Of a stretch of DNA of 64,000 nt, positions 36,153 through 45,194 are shown in pieces; within the stretch, counting starts at the first letter, position 1, and each line of letters opens with the position of its first letter. Under the pieces are notes generated by a model that was not told where the DNA came from, ran no database searches, and worked only from the letters and a program-made list of their open reading frames with translations. The stretch is from Escherichia phage PC3, in the sequence record ON184125; one strand, given 5' to 3'. Position numbers and translations under genes: made by a program.

Positions 36153-37346
36153 ATGAACGTCAAAACATTCAATATTCCGATCGACAATGAAGGGTTGGTA
36201 GTTGAGCGACTGAAGAAGCTCGAGCGCACTGCCGAAAGGTTGGGTGTTCCGTTTCCGACTGTGACTTATGGTGAACCCTTCAAAACCCACACCCGCGACT
36301 TCACTGGTGAGATCATTACTCACTGGTGGAAACCTGTTACTCTTGAAGGCGAAGGCATTGACCGCCCCGTCTCTTATGGTGGCTGGAAGATCATCGGTCA
36401 GTTCAATCACGAATATCCAAAGGTTATTCTTAACCGCCTGTCCGACAACATCAATCCTGACTTCATCCGTCGCTTCGAGACAGAGAACGTCTCTTGGTGT
36501 CAGCATTGCAATCTAGCCATCCGTCGCAAGAACACGTATGTGATTGAAAATGAGGAAACGCATACCCAGATGCTGATTGGTAGCACCTGTATGCATCATT
36601 ATGTACCTCATCAGAAATCGCTTGACGCGATTATGTCTTACTATCTGGGGATCCAAGAGTTCTTCATGCCAGAAGAGGACGACCCAGAGGGTATATATCG
36701 CGTCCAAAATGAGCGCTTCACCGATACCCACAGTTACCTGCGCGCATGCTTCCAGGTGATGCTGGCAGGCGTGGATATCAAGTCTGAACTGTTTGACAAA
36801 GTACTGGGCTATGTCCGGTCTCACCAGAAACCAAAAGCAGGTTCCGATGAAGAGTATTTCGTAAACAAGGCACACGAATACCGTGAAGATGCCGAGTCGG
36901 AAATGTACCATATGAAGCTCTTCATCAGTGCGCTGTCCGAATCTAATGAGTTCAATGTTCGCCTGAAACGCATGTGTGAACCCGGCTATCACCTCATCAA
37001 GGATAACAACACAGTCCGCTGGGGTGCCAAGAAGTATTACGATTACATCCATCGTCCTCGTACTGACCGCAAGGCGGAGAACAAATGGGTGGGTGAAGTC
37101 GGTGAAATGCTGGAAGTGCAAGTCAGGTTCGACAAGCGCACCTTTCTCTTCTCCAATGAATATGGTGATAGTTACCTGTTTACTTTCAAAACAGCAGAAG
37201 GCAATACAATTACCTGGAAGACCTCTTATATGGATACAGAGTTCTTGCAGGGCGATATGATCATCCGTGGTCGTGTCAAAGAACTGACTGAGTACAACGG
37301 CGTTAAACAAACTCAGGTCACTAGAGCCAAATTGAGGAAATTATGA
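36153..37346 (+). CDS. hypothetical protein (about 398 aa)
   Basis: Start at ATG with GAGG 5 nt upstream (alternative ATG 36141); contains WCQHCN...STCMHH Cys/His cluster. Confidence 0.7.
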   Translation: MNVKTFNIPIDNEGLVVERLKKLERTAERLGVPFPTVTYGEPFKTHTRDFTGEIITHWWKPVTLEGEGIDRPVSYGGWKIIGQFNHEYPKVILNRLSDNINPDFIRRFETENVSWCQHCNLAIRRKNTYVIENEETHTQMLIGSTCMHHYVPHQKSLDAIMSYYLGIQEFFMPEEDDPEGIYRVQNERFTDTHSYLRACFQVMLAGVDIKSELFDKVLGYVRSHQKPKAGSDEEYFVNKAHEYREDAESEMYHMKLFISALSESNEFNVRLKRMCEPGYHLIKDNNTVRWGAKKYYDYIHRPRTDRKAENKWVGEVGEMLEVQVRFDKRTFLFSNEYGDSYLFTFKTAEGNTITWKTSYMDTEFLQGDMIIRGRVKELTEYNGVKQTQVTRAKLRKL

Positions 37347-37459
37347 ATTTGATTGAGTTTGTTCTGAAGTCGTTCGCCTTTGGTCTGATAGCATGTGGGA
37401 TGATTACAGCTATGCTTCTCATCATAGCCCTGGTCATCCCCTTTAAGAGGAAACGCTGA
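37343..37459 (+). CDS. possible small membrane peptide (38 aa)
   Basis: MNLIEFVLKSFAFGLIACGMITAMLLIIALVIPFKRKR*, ATGA overlap with upstream stop and TGATG overlap with downstream start. Confidence 0.35.
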   Translation: MNLIEFVLKSFAFGLIACGMITAMLLIIALVIPFKRKR

Positions 37460-37671
37460 TGGAATGTTCATGCGGAGGGCAGGGCACAAGTGCTTACCTG
37501 CCATTCACCACTGTGAAGGAAGCCGAAGCCGCCGGATTTGCCGTAAGCAAGGCTCCCTGTGTAATCGCCACGAAGGATTGCCCGTGCTGTAAGAGGCACT
37601 CTCAGGACGTCTTCTACGCCCCTGATGCGCGTCCGGCTACGGTCAACCTACTCTCACTGATGAGGAAGTGA
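37459..37671 (+). CDS. small Cys-rich protein
   Basis: 70 aa with CSCGG and CPCC clusters. Confidence 0.45.
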   Translation: MECSCGGQGTSAYLPFTTVKEAEAAGFAVSKAPCVIATKDCPCCKRHSQDVFYAPDARPATVNLLSLMRK

Positions 37672-37672
37672 C

Positions 37673-37894
37673 ATGCGCAAGTATTTCAATTGGCTGTTGG
37701 CAAGCCCCTGATGCGCTGAGATCCGTTGTCTAATCGATGCCATTGACGCCAAGGCTGTTTACAAAGCCCTCTCCCGACATCACAAGCGCTAGATTAATCG
37801 CACAGAGGCTCAGGCCGAAATTAAAAATCGTGAAGAAGTCCACAAGGCTCTGGGTTTCATAACAAATAATTCAATAAACTATTCACCCATATAA
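37673..37894 (+). pseudogene. possible decayed ORF: single reading frame interrupted by two in-frame stops
   Basis: Frame from ATG 37673 reads MRKYFNWLLASP-TGA-CAEIRCLIDAIDAKAVYKALSRHHKR-TAG-INRTEAQAEIKNREEVHKALGF... Confidence 0.25.
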
Positions 37895-37895
37895 T
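37870..37895 (+). promoter_or_regulatory. promoter-like element TTCAAT-N14-TATAAT
   Basis: TTCAATAAACTATTCACCCATATAAT about 28 nt upstream of ATG 37924. Confidence 0.5.
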
Positions 37896-37923
37896 ACATG
37901 GGAACTTACAGAAGGAACAGACC

Positions 37924-38265
37924 ATGACTACACTCGTAGAAACATTATTCCCAGGCTGCGTGCTTGGGCGCGGCGGATCCGAAGCCAACGGGCTACCGAT
38001 TGACGTCGAACCTCAGAACTGTGTTATTGTTGACAAGTTTCACGACAACCATTATGTCCTGAACAATCGTCGTGACCACTATCTTGTTTCCGTAGGAGAT
38101 TCTTTGGTCAGTCTGCGCATCTGCAAGGCTATGCCAGGATCCGGCTATGGAGCATTCGCCTATATTCACAGCGTGTCAAATGACGAGCTGGGTAAAGAAG
38201 CTCTGGTTGAAAAATTCAAGAGTTGGAAGGATTCTTTCACCTCAATTGAACCTCCGAAGAAATAA
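37924..38265 (+). CDS. hypothetical protein
   Basis: 113 aa, AAGGAAC SD-like sequence upstream. Confidence 0.6.
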   Translation: MTTLVETLFPGCVLGRGGSEANGLPIDVEPQNCVIVDKFHDNHYVLNNRRDHYLVSVGDSLVSLRICKAMPGSGYGAFAYIHSVSNDELGKEALVEKFKSWKDSFTSIEPPKK

Positions 38266-38336
38266 CTGAGGACTACACACTGACCTCATTATCGGTCAGG
38301 CAAAATCTCACACCCGCCAATAATCTATTGAAGTCC

Positions 38337-38369
38337 CCAGGGTTATAATAGCAGCACATATAACCCTGG
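38337..38369 (+). repeat. 11 bp perfect inverted repeat containing TATAAT
   Basis: CCAGGGTTATA-atagcagcaca-TATAACCCTGG ending 9 nt before ligase ATG. Confidence 0.8.
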
Positions 38370-38378
38370 AGACACCAC

Positions 38379-39803
38379 ATGATCCCTATCCTTGAAATAG
38401 TCCACCGACTTCGCGAAACCAAAGGCAGCAATGCGAAGAAAGCTGTGCTGACCGAAGCATTCAAGAACAACCCAGACTTGGCAGACTTCCTGCAATATGT
38501 CTATGACCCAATGACGTCGTTCTATCGGACTGAGTTGAAGCTCAGCGCGTACCCTCGCATGCTCGTCCGTGAGAAGACTGATGACATCAGCGAAGTCTAT
38601 GACGTCCTCGACCAGATGGCACAGCGCCTTGTCGGTGGCCAAAAGGCTGATGCCCTGTTGGCCTCTGTCGCCCTGAAGATGGATCCCCAATACCACGAAC
38701 TCATTCAGATGATCCTAGACCGTGATATCAAGGCGGGTATCGCAGAGAAGGGCATCAACGCTGCATTCAACGCCGCCGGAGGCACTGGACGCCTGATCAA
38801 CATTCTTCCGTATCATCGTTATGACAACATGACGATTGACCTGCTGAAGAAGATGGACTTCAAGCGCGGCGTCTACAGCCAGCTGAAGTCAGACGGTATG
38901 TTCGCCAACATCATATGTCGGTACAATAAAGAGCCTGAGATTCGCTCTCGCTCCGGTTCCCTTATCGCAGGTGGTTCGGTTGATAACCTTTCACTGGTGT
39001 TCAAAGACCTGATCTACGATGCGGGGATTGGTGAGAGTGTGTTCCATGGTGAACTTCTCGTTGTTGACCTCAAGTCTAATACCATCCTGCCTCGTGCTGT
39101 CGGTAACGGTAAACTCAACAGCGTGATTCAGACAGGAGAACCCCTAGAAGATCGTTATCGGGTGATCTACCGGGTGTGGGATGTTGTGCCGTATGAACAA
39201 TGGTTCAACGCCCAGCGCGTGGATACCCCGTATGAGCGCCGCTTCGATATTATCCAGCAACTGTTTGATGAAGACGACGGTCTGGTTCAGGTTCAAGAAA
39301 CCCGCGTTGTTCACTCATTTGCCGAAGCCGTCGACCACTTCAAAGACGCGCTGGCTCGCAAAGAAGAAGGCACGATATGTAAGGCCGCCGACATGCCTTG
39401 GGAAGATGGGACTTCTTCTGAAGGTCTGAAGCTGAAGATGGAGGTTGAGTGTGACCTTGAAATCGTGGGCTTCAACGAGGCCGACAAGAAGGGTAAACAC
39501 GCCAAGACTTTTGGCTCACTGATTTGTAAAACTTCCGATGGCTTGCTTGTTGTTGGTGTATCAGGGATCTCAGATGAGCTGAGACGCCATATGTGGGAGA
39601 ACCAGGGCGACTACATTGGCAAGATCGCCGCAGTGCTCTCCAATGGCGTACAGGATAAGACAGATGATGCGATGAAGTCTTTGTTCCTACCTCGCCTTGT
39701 AGAAGTCCGCATTGACAAGAAAGTGGCCAACACACTGGATGAAGTCTATGCGATACAGAAAGCGTACATTGAAAACATCGCATTCCTGTTGGAGTCTGCA
39801 TAA
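38379..39803 (+). CDS. ATP-dependent DNA ligase
   Basis: 474 aa; adenylation motif I KSDG in SQLKSDGMF. Confidence 0.85.
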   Translation: MIPILEIVHRLRETKGSNAKKAVLTEAFKNNPDLADFLQYVYDPMTSFYRTELKLSAYPRMLVREKTDDISEVYDVLDQMAQRLVGGQKADALLASVALKMDPQYHELIQMILDRDIKAGIAEKGINAAFNAAGGTGRLINILPYHRYDNMTIDLLKKMDFKRGVYSQLKSDGMFANIICRYNKEPEIRSRSGSLIAGGSVDNLSLVFKDLIYDAGIGESVFHGELLVVDLKSNTILPRAVGNGKLNSVIQTGEPLEDRYRVIYRVWDVVPYEQWFNAQRVDTPYERRFDIIQQLFDEDDGLVQVQETRVVHSFAEAVDHFKDALARKEEGTICKAADMPWEDGTSSEGLKLKMEVECDLEIVGFNEADKKGKHAKTFGSLICKTSDGLLVVGVSGISDELRRHMWENQGDYIGKIAAVLSNGVQDKTDDAMKSLFLPRLVEVRIDKKVANTLDEVYAIQKAYIENIAFLLESA

Positions 39804-40018
39804 TGAAAGTGTATTTGCTGCAGTATCATGATGGGTGTGACGGTCTACAGGTTCAATCCGTGTCCGGGACGCCAGAGGACGCCCAAAACTCCTTTCTTGA
39901 GAAAGCAGAGGCCTGGGGATTTACCCCAAAAGTGGCGACCCAGCATTTCAGTATTGAGATCTGGGACACAGAGACGGGTTGTTATGTTGATGACCTGAAA
40001 ATCGAACTGAAGGGGTGA
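39803..40018 (+). CDS. hypothetical protein
   Basis: 71 aa, TAATG overlap with ligase stop. Confidence 0.5.
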   Translation: MKVYLLQYHDGCDGLQVQSVSGTPEDAQNSFLEKAEAWGFTPKVATQHFSIEIWDTETGCYVDDLKIELKG

Positions 40019-40022
40019 TCTG

Positions 40023-40280
40023 ATGGACGAGCTATTCGCATTGGTGATTGCATTAACGTTCTTACTGTCCTTGATTATCAGCTCGCTTGTGTTGTTGCTG
40101 GTGTGGATAGCTATTCCCGAGATCAATAACCACAAGGCGCTCGTTGTCGTGATTATCCTAGGTCTGAGTGCTTCCCTTACTCTTCACTATTCCAAACAGG
40201 AGTATAATCCTAACAAATATTACAAGACATTAGCGGACAAGTATCATGAGTTTAAGAATGAAAGAACTTCCGGTAAATGA
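40023..40280 (+). CDS. small membrane protein
   Basis: 85 aa, two hydrophobic segments. Confidence 0.5.
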   Translation: MDELFALVIALTFLLSLIISSLVLLLVWIAIPEINNHKALVVVIILGLSASLTLHYSKQEYNPNKYYKTLADKYHEFKNERTSGK

Positions 40281-40497
40281 CAAGAAGTACATGTACAAGG
40301 TTCTGCTGAGCCTCGGGGTGTCACAATCTGGGCTGGCTCGTTTATTGGATTGTTCTAATGTTGTGAACTACTGGGCGAAGGGTTATCGTGTTGTCCCCCG
40401 CTCCTTCCGTCGCTTCATCCTGGTGTTACAGTTCATCAAGAAGAAAGGGCTGATGGAAGAGTTATTGCAATTTATTAAAGAAGAGGAACGCAAATGA
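40246..40497 (+). CDS. helix-turn-helix DNA-binding protein
   Basis: 83 aa; LSLGVSQSGLARLLDCSNVVNYWAKG resembles XRE-type HTH. Confidence 0.5.
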   Translation: MSLRMKELPVNDKKYMYKVLLSLGVSQSGLARLLDCSNVVNYWAKGYRVVPRSFRRFILVLQFIKKKGLMEELLQFIKEEERK

Positions 40498-41189
40498 ACT
40501 ATACCCGAGCGTTGGTTTCTATCCTTGAAAGGTCTTATTCTCGCAATCTGATTGGGTATTCAGAAAGACACCATAAAGAACCCAGGAGCTTGGGAGGGAC
40601 TGATACTGCGGAGAATATTGCTGTTCTAACTGCTCGGGAACATTTCATAGTTCACAAACTTTTGGCCAAGATATTCAGTATGTCTCCTGCATACGTGAAA
40701 ATCTTTTCTTTGATGAGAAATATATCAAAATCACAAACTTCACGCCAATACGAAGAGTTCGCTCTCAGAAAATGGGAAAGGGTGAAGACAGCTAACAGCA
40801 CTCCAGAGTTTAAACAAAAATGCAGTGAAAGATTCAAGGGGGTGGCGTTATCCCGTGAACACAGATCGAAAATTTCCGATTCGCTGATGGGCAGACCCAA
40901 ATCAGATTCACAACGTTCCAAATTAAAACAAATCCATTCAAAGCCTTGGGAAAGTCCAAATGCGACACATACCCGCAAATATTGGGCTTTGGCAGGAATA
41001 TTCTATGATTGGTGGGTAGCCGATGGTGCCAGGTTAGGCATATGTCGAAATGTAACGATGGTCAAGGAATTGGGGGTGGATCGCGCCGAAATGACCGCCA
41101 AAAGTTGCATACAAAGATTTCAAAAAGGATGGGTGCCGTACAATGATGAGAATTGGGTTAAGTTTTTCGAGGAAATGAAAAATGCGTGA
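40494..41189 (+). CDS. HNH homing endonuclease
   Basis: 231 aa; ERHHKEPRSLGGTDTAENIAVLTAREHFIVH HNH motif; region looks more AT-rich than surrounding genes. Confidence 0.7.
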   Translation: MNYTRALVSILERSYSRNLIGYSERHHKEPRSLGGTDTAENIAVLTAREHFIVHKLLAKIFSMSPAYVKIFSLMRNISKSQTSRQYEEFALRKWERVKTANSTPEFKQKCSERFKGVALSREHRSKISDSLMGRPKSDSQRSKLKQIHSKPWESPNATHTRKYWALAGIFYDWWVADGARLGICRNVTMVKELGVDRAEMTAKSCIQRFQKGWVPYNDENWVKFFEEMKNA

Positions 41190-41847
41190 GTATACCGATT
41201 GGGAAAAAATGCAGTTCGAGCGGGCGTTCAACGTTTACTGTGTCTTCATGGCGATCAAGCTGCACTTCACCACTAAGGACTTCGATTACAGCTTGTATGG
41301 ACCGATGAATTACAAGTTCGAGACGTTCTTGGCGAAGGAGGCTGTGTGCAAACAGTTTGCTCGCCTTGCCCGTCGGTTCGAGTCATCACAGGGTGAAGTG
41401 GTAGAGAACTACATCATCGCCAACTTCATCAAATCACCCAAGACCTGGGTGACGACATTGCTTACACGCCAGGCTCAGGCCAATTATGATGAATACCGTA
41501 AGCTGTACGAGAACTTCACATATAACTTCCTTGAGGAGTTCGAGCGGGAGATGATCCCTGCCATAAGGGAGCGCAACTGCACCTTCATTGAGTACATCAA
41601 GGGGACGGGTACAGGTCATCCACCGTTGCTGACAGACATCATCATCAAGAAGTTCCCGATTTGGTTCCTTGTCGGTCTGAACAAGATCGTTGGTTTCATT
41701 CATCTATACGATACGATTCTGCGTGATGACATCTACTGGAACTCAGAGGCGTTCTTGCTCAGGAAGACGAATGCTGTGGTTCCGGATGAGGATACCACAT
41801 ATTCAAAACAGAGACTCCGTGAGCTAATACAAGCCCACGGAATCTGA
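41182..41847 (+). CDS. hypothetical protein, possibly gp59-like helicase loader
   Basis: 221 aa; N-terminal region weakly resembles my recollection of T4 gp59; low confidence. Confidence 0.35.
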   Translation: MREYTDWEKMQFERAFNVYCVFMAIKLHFTTKDFDYSLYGPMNYKFETFLAKEAVCKQFARLARRFESSQGEVVENYIIANFIKSPKTWVTTLLTRQAQANYDEYRKLYENFTYNFLEEFEREMIPAIRERNCTFIEYIKGTGTGHPPLLTDIIIKKFPIWFLVGLNKIVGFIHLYDTILRDDIYWNSEAFLLRKTNAVVPDEDTTYSKQRLRELIQAHGI

Positions 41848-43794
41848 TTACCATTCCCACAGGATGCGGGAATTATCTGTTTTGTTCTCAGGCTCAAGAT
41901 ATGAGCTGTTGAAGTTATTGGTCGTGTTGATCCTCTTAGAAGCATCCACATTCTGCTGTACTGGCATCACGACGCTGGCCGGAGGCGGTGAATAGCCGCC
42001 TTGTACTTGCTCAATATTAGACAGCGCCCTCCCTTGTGATGGCATGGCCCCGCCCAGAGTACCACCCCCGATAGAACCATACGCAGCTTTCAGCTGAGAG
42101 GTGCGGTCATTAGTCATATTCTTGTAATCTGAAGACGCACCAGAAGGTATTGGAGTCAGCGTTTGTGGATCGATGTTCGGTTGTGCTGGCGTCTGTGGCT
42201 GCTGGGTCTCTGTCACATCAGGAGACGGATTCTCATCAGTGTCAATCAGCATAGACTGGCGAGCCTCATCCATCTTCTGCTTCGCAGCCTGTCCACCCAG
42301 AGCGTCAGGGATGATGCTGACGAACTTGTCAACGATATCGAACATCGCATTGGTGATTGTGTTCAGCATGTTGAAGAAAGGTTTCTTCACATTTTCGGCA
42401 AATCCCTTCTTGATTTCGTCAATAACCTTGTTGGCCACACCCATGCCCTCGTCGATCACACTACTGATACCCCCTGTGATCCAGTCTACCAGCTTCATCA
42501 ACTCGGACTGTAGGTTGTCTGCTAACTTGCCAGGGATATCCGTAAGAGACGTGTCTCTCCCGATCCCTGCAAACAAGTCGTTGCTAATCCAGTCGATAAT
42601 ACCATTCAGCCAACGAGCGGGAGCCTCAGTGATCATGAGGGTGTATTTGCGCAGGGTTTCACCCGCCTCGGTATCAAAGCCAAAGATCTTGGACACCCAG
42701 TCAAATAGATCACCAAATCCACCAACCAGTTCTGATATCCCCGCCCGTACTCGGTCAACTATCGTGACAGCACCTTTACCCAGGATCTCCTTCGCATCAA
42801 TGAAGCCTTTACCGAAGTCCCAGATCATAGACAGGAGAGCCAGTGGGCCGACTTTCAGGAACTTGAACACCTTCCCAAATGGGCCCAGAAGTTTGGTGAT
42901 ACCTTCTCCCAGCTTGGAGAACATGCCGAGGAAAGTCCCGACAACACCACCGATGATCTTGAACGGCTTGAGCAAGAAGCCCTTCAGTGCATTCAGGCCA
43001 AGCATGGCCGCCACCGCCGCCCCGATACCGGAGGAATCGTCTTTCTGGTCATCGTCTTTGGGTATAACAGAACCCGCCTGAGGATGACCACCCGTTTCTT
43101 TGTCGGTTTCCCCACGGCGCATCTCGTCCTTCTCACGCCACTTCTGGTCTTCATCAAAGATGCGTGTCAACACTCCAACGATATGACCGCCCGTGCGCCC
43201 AATCTTGTTTTCAATGCTATACAAGCGAGTAAGGGTGTCATCGGAGTTCTTTTTCAGTTCAGCAACATCGTCACGAACCTCGATCATCACTCCGTCGATC
43301 ATGTTCAAGAATGATCCCACGCGGACCAGAGACACACTCTGCTCGTCCATGCGCTTGAGGGTGTCATCATTGGCAGACTTCAGCTGGTCTGAGATCAGGT
43401 TAAGATACTCCAGGGACGTGTCATCTGTTGGCATGCGGGTGATCTCACCGAGGCGGTCAATCTTGCCTGCGATATTCTCCAGTTCCCGATTGCCTTCGTT
43501 ACCCACATCGACAGTATCCTTCATCCATACGCTGAAGTCGCGGGTGAAGATCGGAGACATGCGAGCGAATCCCATGACGATCTCATTGACTGTCGGGATA
43601 CGGATTTCAAATGGCTTGGACTCGGCCTTGGTGCCCTGTTTAGTGGCAGATTCCAGCTTGGCCAGATTCTTGTTCATCCGGTCAAGCTGTCTGTTGGTTT
43701 CATTCTGAGCGCGGAGTTGTTTGCGCTGCATCATCTCCGCCTTGATCTTGTCTAGAACTTTGACAACATCATTGTTCGTTGCTTCCTGTGCCAT
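41848..43794 (-). CDS. tail tape measure / baseplate hub protein (gp29-like)
   Basis: 648 aa; N-terminal coiled-coil-like region, central Gly-rich hydrophobic repeats (GIGAAVAAMLGLNALKGFLLKPFKIIGGVVG), typical of tape measure proteins. Confidence 0.7.
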   Translation of the reverse strand: MAQEATNNDVVKVLDKIKAEMMQRKQLRAQNETNRQLDRMNKNLAKLESATKQGTKAESKPFEIRIPTVNEIVMGFARMSPIFTRDFSVWMKDTVDVGNEGNRELENIAGKIDRLGEITRMPTDDTSLEYLNLISDQLKSANDDTLKRMDEQSVSLVRVGSFLNMIDGVMIEVRDDVAELKKNSDDTLTRLYSIENKIGRTGGHIVGVLTRIFDEDQKWREKDEMRRGETDKETGGHPQAGSVIPKDDDQKDDSSGIGAAVAAMLGLNALKGFLLKPFKIIGGVVGTFLGMFSKLGEGITKLLGPFGKVFKFLKVGPLALLSMIWDFGKGFIDAKEILGKGAVTIVDRVRAGISELVGGFGDLFDWVSKIFGFDTEAGETLRKYTLMITEAPARWLNGIIDWISNDLFAGIGRDTSLTDIPGKLADNLQSELMKLVDWITGGISSVIDEGMGVANKVIDEIKKGFAENVKKPFFNMLNTITNAMFDIVDKFVSIIPDALGGQAAKQKMDEARQSMLIDTDENPSPDVTETQQPQTPAQPNIDPQTLTPIPSGASSDYKNMTNDRTSQLKAAYGSIGGGTLGGAMPSQGRALSNIEQVQGGYSPPPASVVMPVQQNVDASKRINTTNNFNSSYLEPENKTDNSRILWEW

Positions 43795-43805
43795 GGGTCA
43801 CCTCG

Positions 43806-45194
43806 TTAAACCTTCTGTGCTTGGCCTTTCTCAATCGCCTGAGGAGTAGTGGTGGAAGCAGTTGTCTGATTGGTCTGAGGTGGAAGCACCTGCTCCAGCA
43901 AACTGTCCTTGGCAATCTCAGCGATGCACTGATAATCTTTGGTCAGGCGGGAAATCTTGTGACGCACTTTGGTCACGATATAGTGGCCTGTCGATAGCTT
44001 ACTTAACTCTGCCAGCTTTTCGTTCTTCTTAGGACGGTTGGACTGGTCTTCGACGTAGAACACCTGACCGACGTTCAGGCGGTTATCACCAACGAGCAAC
44101 ACGCGCATCACAGTGCTGGCAAGACTGAAGTTGATAACACGACGAGCATAATCAATCTGCTCTGCTCCATCCGGCTGGGCTTCAATGTAACGGACGTTCT
44201 GACGATTGAATTCATCTGAGAACATCGGGAACGGATCAAGGTGAGCCGTCTCTGCAAACCACTCAGTATAGATGCGCTGTGTTGGGGTGACTGTCTTGGT
44301 CTCAAAGTCGTAGACGCGCTCGTTCACCGCCAGGACATCGCGGTAGTTTGCCATGAACTGGTCACGCGCCAGCTTCTTCTCTGCCTTGATGATCGTGCGC
44401 ATAAAGCGCTCAGAGTTGAAGTTGTTATCCTGCATGAGCGGCGCGTCCTGAGGATCACGGAACAACTTGTTCTGCTGAGCTAGTTCCTGCTTCTCTTCTG
44501 CTGTCAATGACTGGCTACCCTGGTTGAACAACGTCGTCAGGCTCTTGAAGTGATAGCCATTGAAGTCTTCATAGAAAACGAATGGCATGAACAATTCGTC
44601 ATAAGAACGGCTCGCCATATAATCAATAGATCGCAGCACAGGCCAGAGCGGGGTGGCGAACCGCTCTTGAATTCCATATGACGGGTCGATGTCTTCGAAC
44701 TTGGTGCGCGACTCCAGCTGATTGAAGATTGTCTTCGCCATGTCAGAATACGAACCGTCAAGACCGAGGGAGCATCGGATCATGCTGTCCTTATAGGCAT
44801 CGGTGGTCACCATGTGCAACCAGAATGCTTTCTTGGACGAGCTGTTGGACTCATCAGCTACGCGCCCAACACGCGCTACGCGCAGGGAGAGAGTGGTGTA
44901 TTCCGAGGCCGCCGGACTCTTGAATGACACCACAACTTCTTCACCACCCAAGATAGGCATTGTGTCAAGAATGTCCCACCCTTCTTTTATCAAGACATTG
45001 GCTGTAAGTGATGGAGATGACTTCCCTTCAAGACCCAGATCCTGGAAGACGTTGAACTCCTCAAACAACGCCGTCAGGTCATATGGCGTTGGTGATCCAC
45101 CCTGGGGTGTATGAGGGAGGATCGCCATATACTTCAGGTCAAATGTTGTTGACGGTGTTACAATACCGTCTTGGGTCTCTCTGTTTTCGATCAT
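43806..45194 (-). CDS. baseplate structural protein (family uncertain)
   Basis: 462 aa, translationally coupled within the baseplate/tape-measure cluster. Confidence 0.45.
   Translation of the reverse strand: MIENRETQDGIVTPSTTFDLKYMAILPHTPQGGSPTPYDLTALFEEFNVFQDLGLEGKSSPSLTANVLIKEGWDILDTMPILGGEEVVVSFKSPAASEYTTLSLRVARVGRVADESNSSSKKAFWLHMVTTDAYKDSMIRCSLGLDGSYSDMAKTIFNQLESRTKFEDIDPSYGIQERFATPLWPVLRSIDYMASRSYDELFMPFVFYEDFNGYHFKSLTTLFNQGSQSLTAEEKQELAQQNKLFRDPQDAPLMQDNNFNSERFMRTIIKAEKKLARDQFMANYRDVLAVNERVYDFETKTVTPTQRIYTEWFAETAHLDPFPMFSDEFNRQNVRYIEAQPDGAEQIDYARRVINFSLASTVMRVLLVGDNRLNVGQVFYVEDQSNRPKKNEKLAELSKLSTGHYIVTKVRHKISRLTKDYQCIAEIAKDSLLEQVLPPQTNQTTASTTTPQAIEKGQAQKV

Larger units (their letters stand above)
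40246..41189 (+). mobile_element. putative homing endonuclease cassette (HTH + HNH)
   Basis: HNH gene with adjacent HTH gene inserted between DNA ligase region and a gp59-like gene; compositional shift by eye. Confidence 0.35.

Noticed and set aside
36513-37310. 265 aa minus-strand ORF opposite 36153..37346
   Set aside because: Antisense; the plus-strand gene is coupled to neighbours and has an SD.
42173-43708. Plus-strand ORFs (302 aa and 171 aa) inside the tape measure gene
   Set aside because: Low-complexity Ser/Pro/Ala-rich translations typical of antisense reading of a Gly-rich repeat gene.
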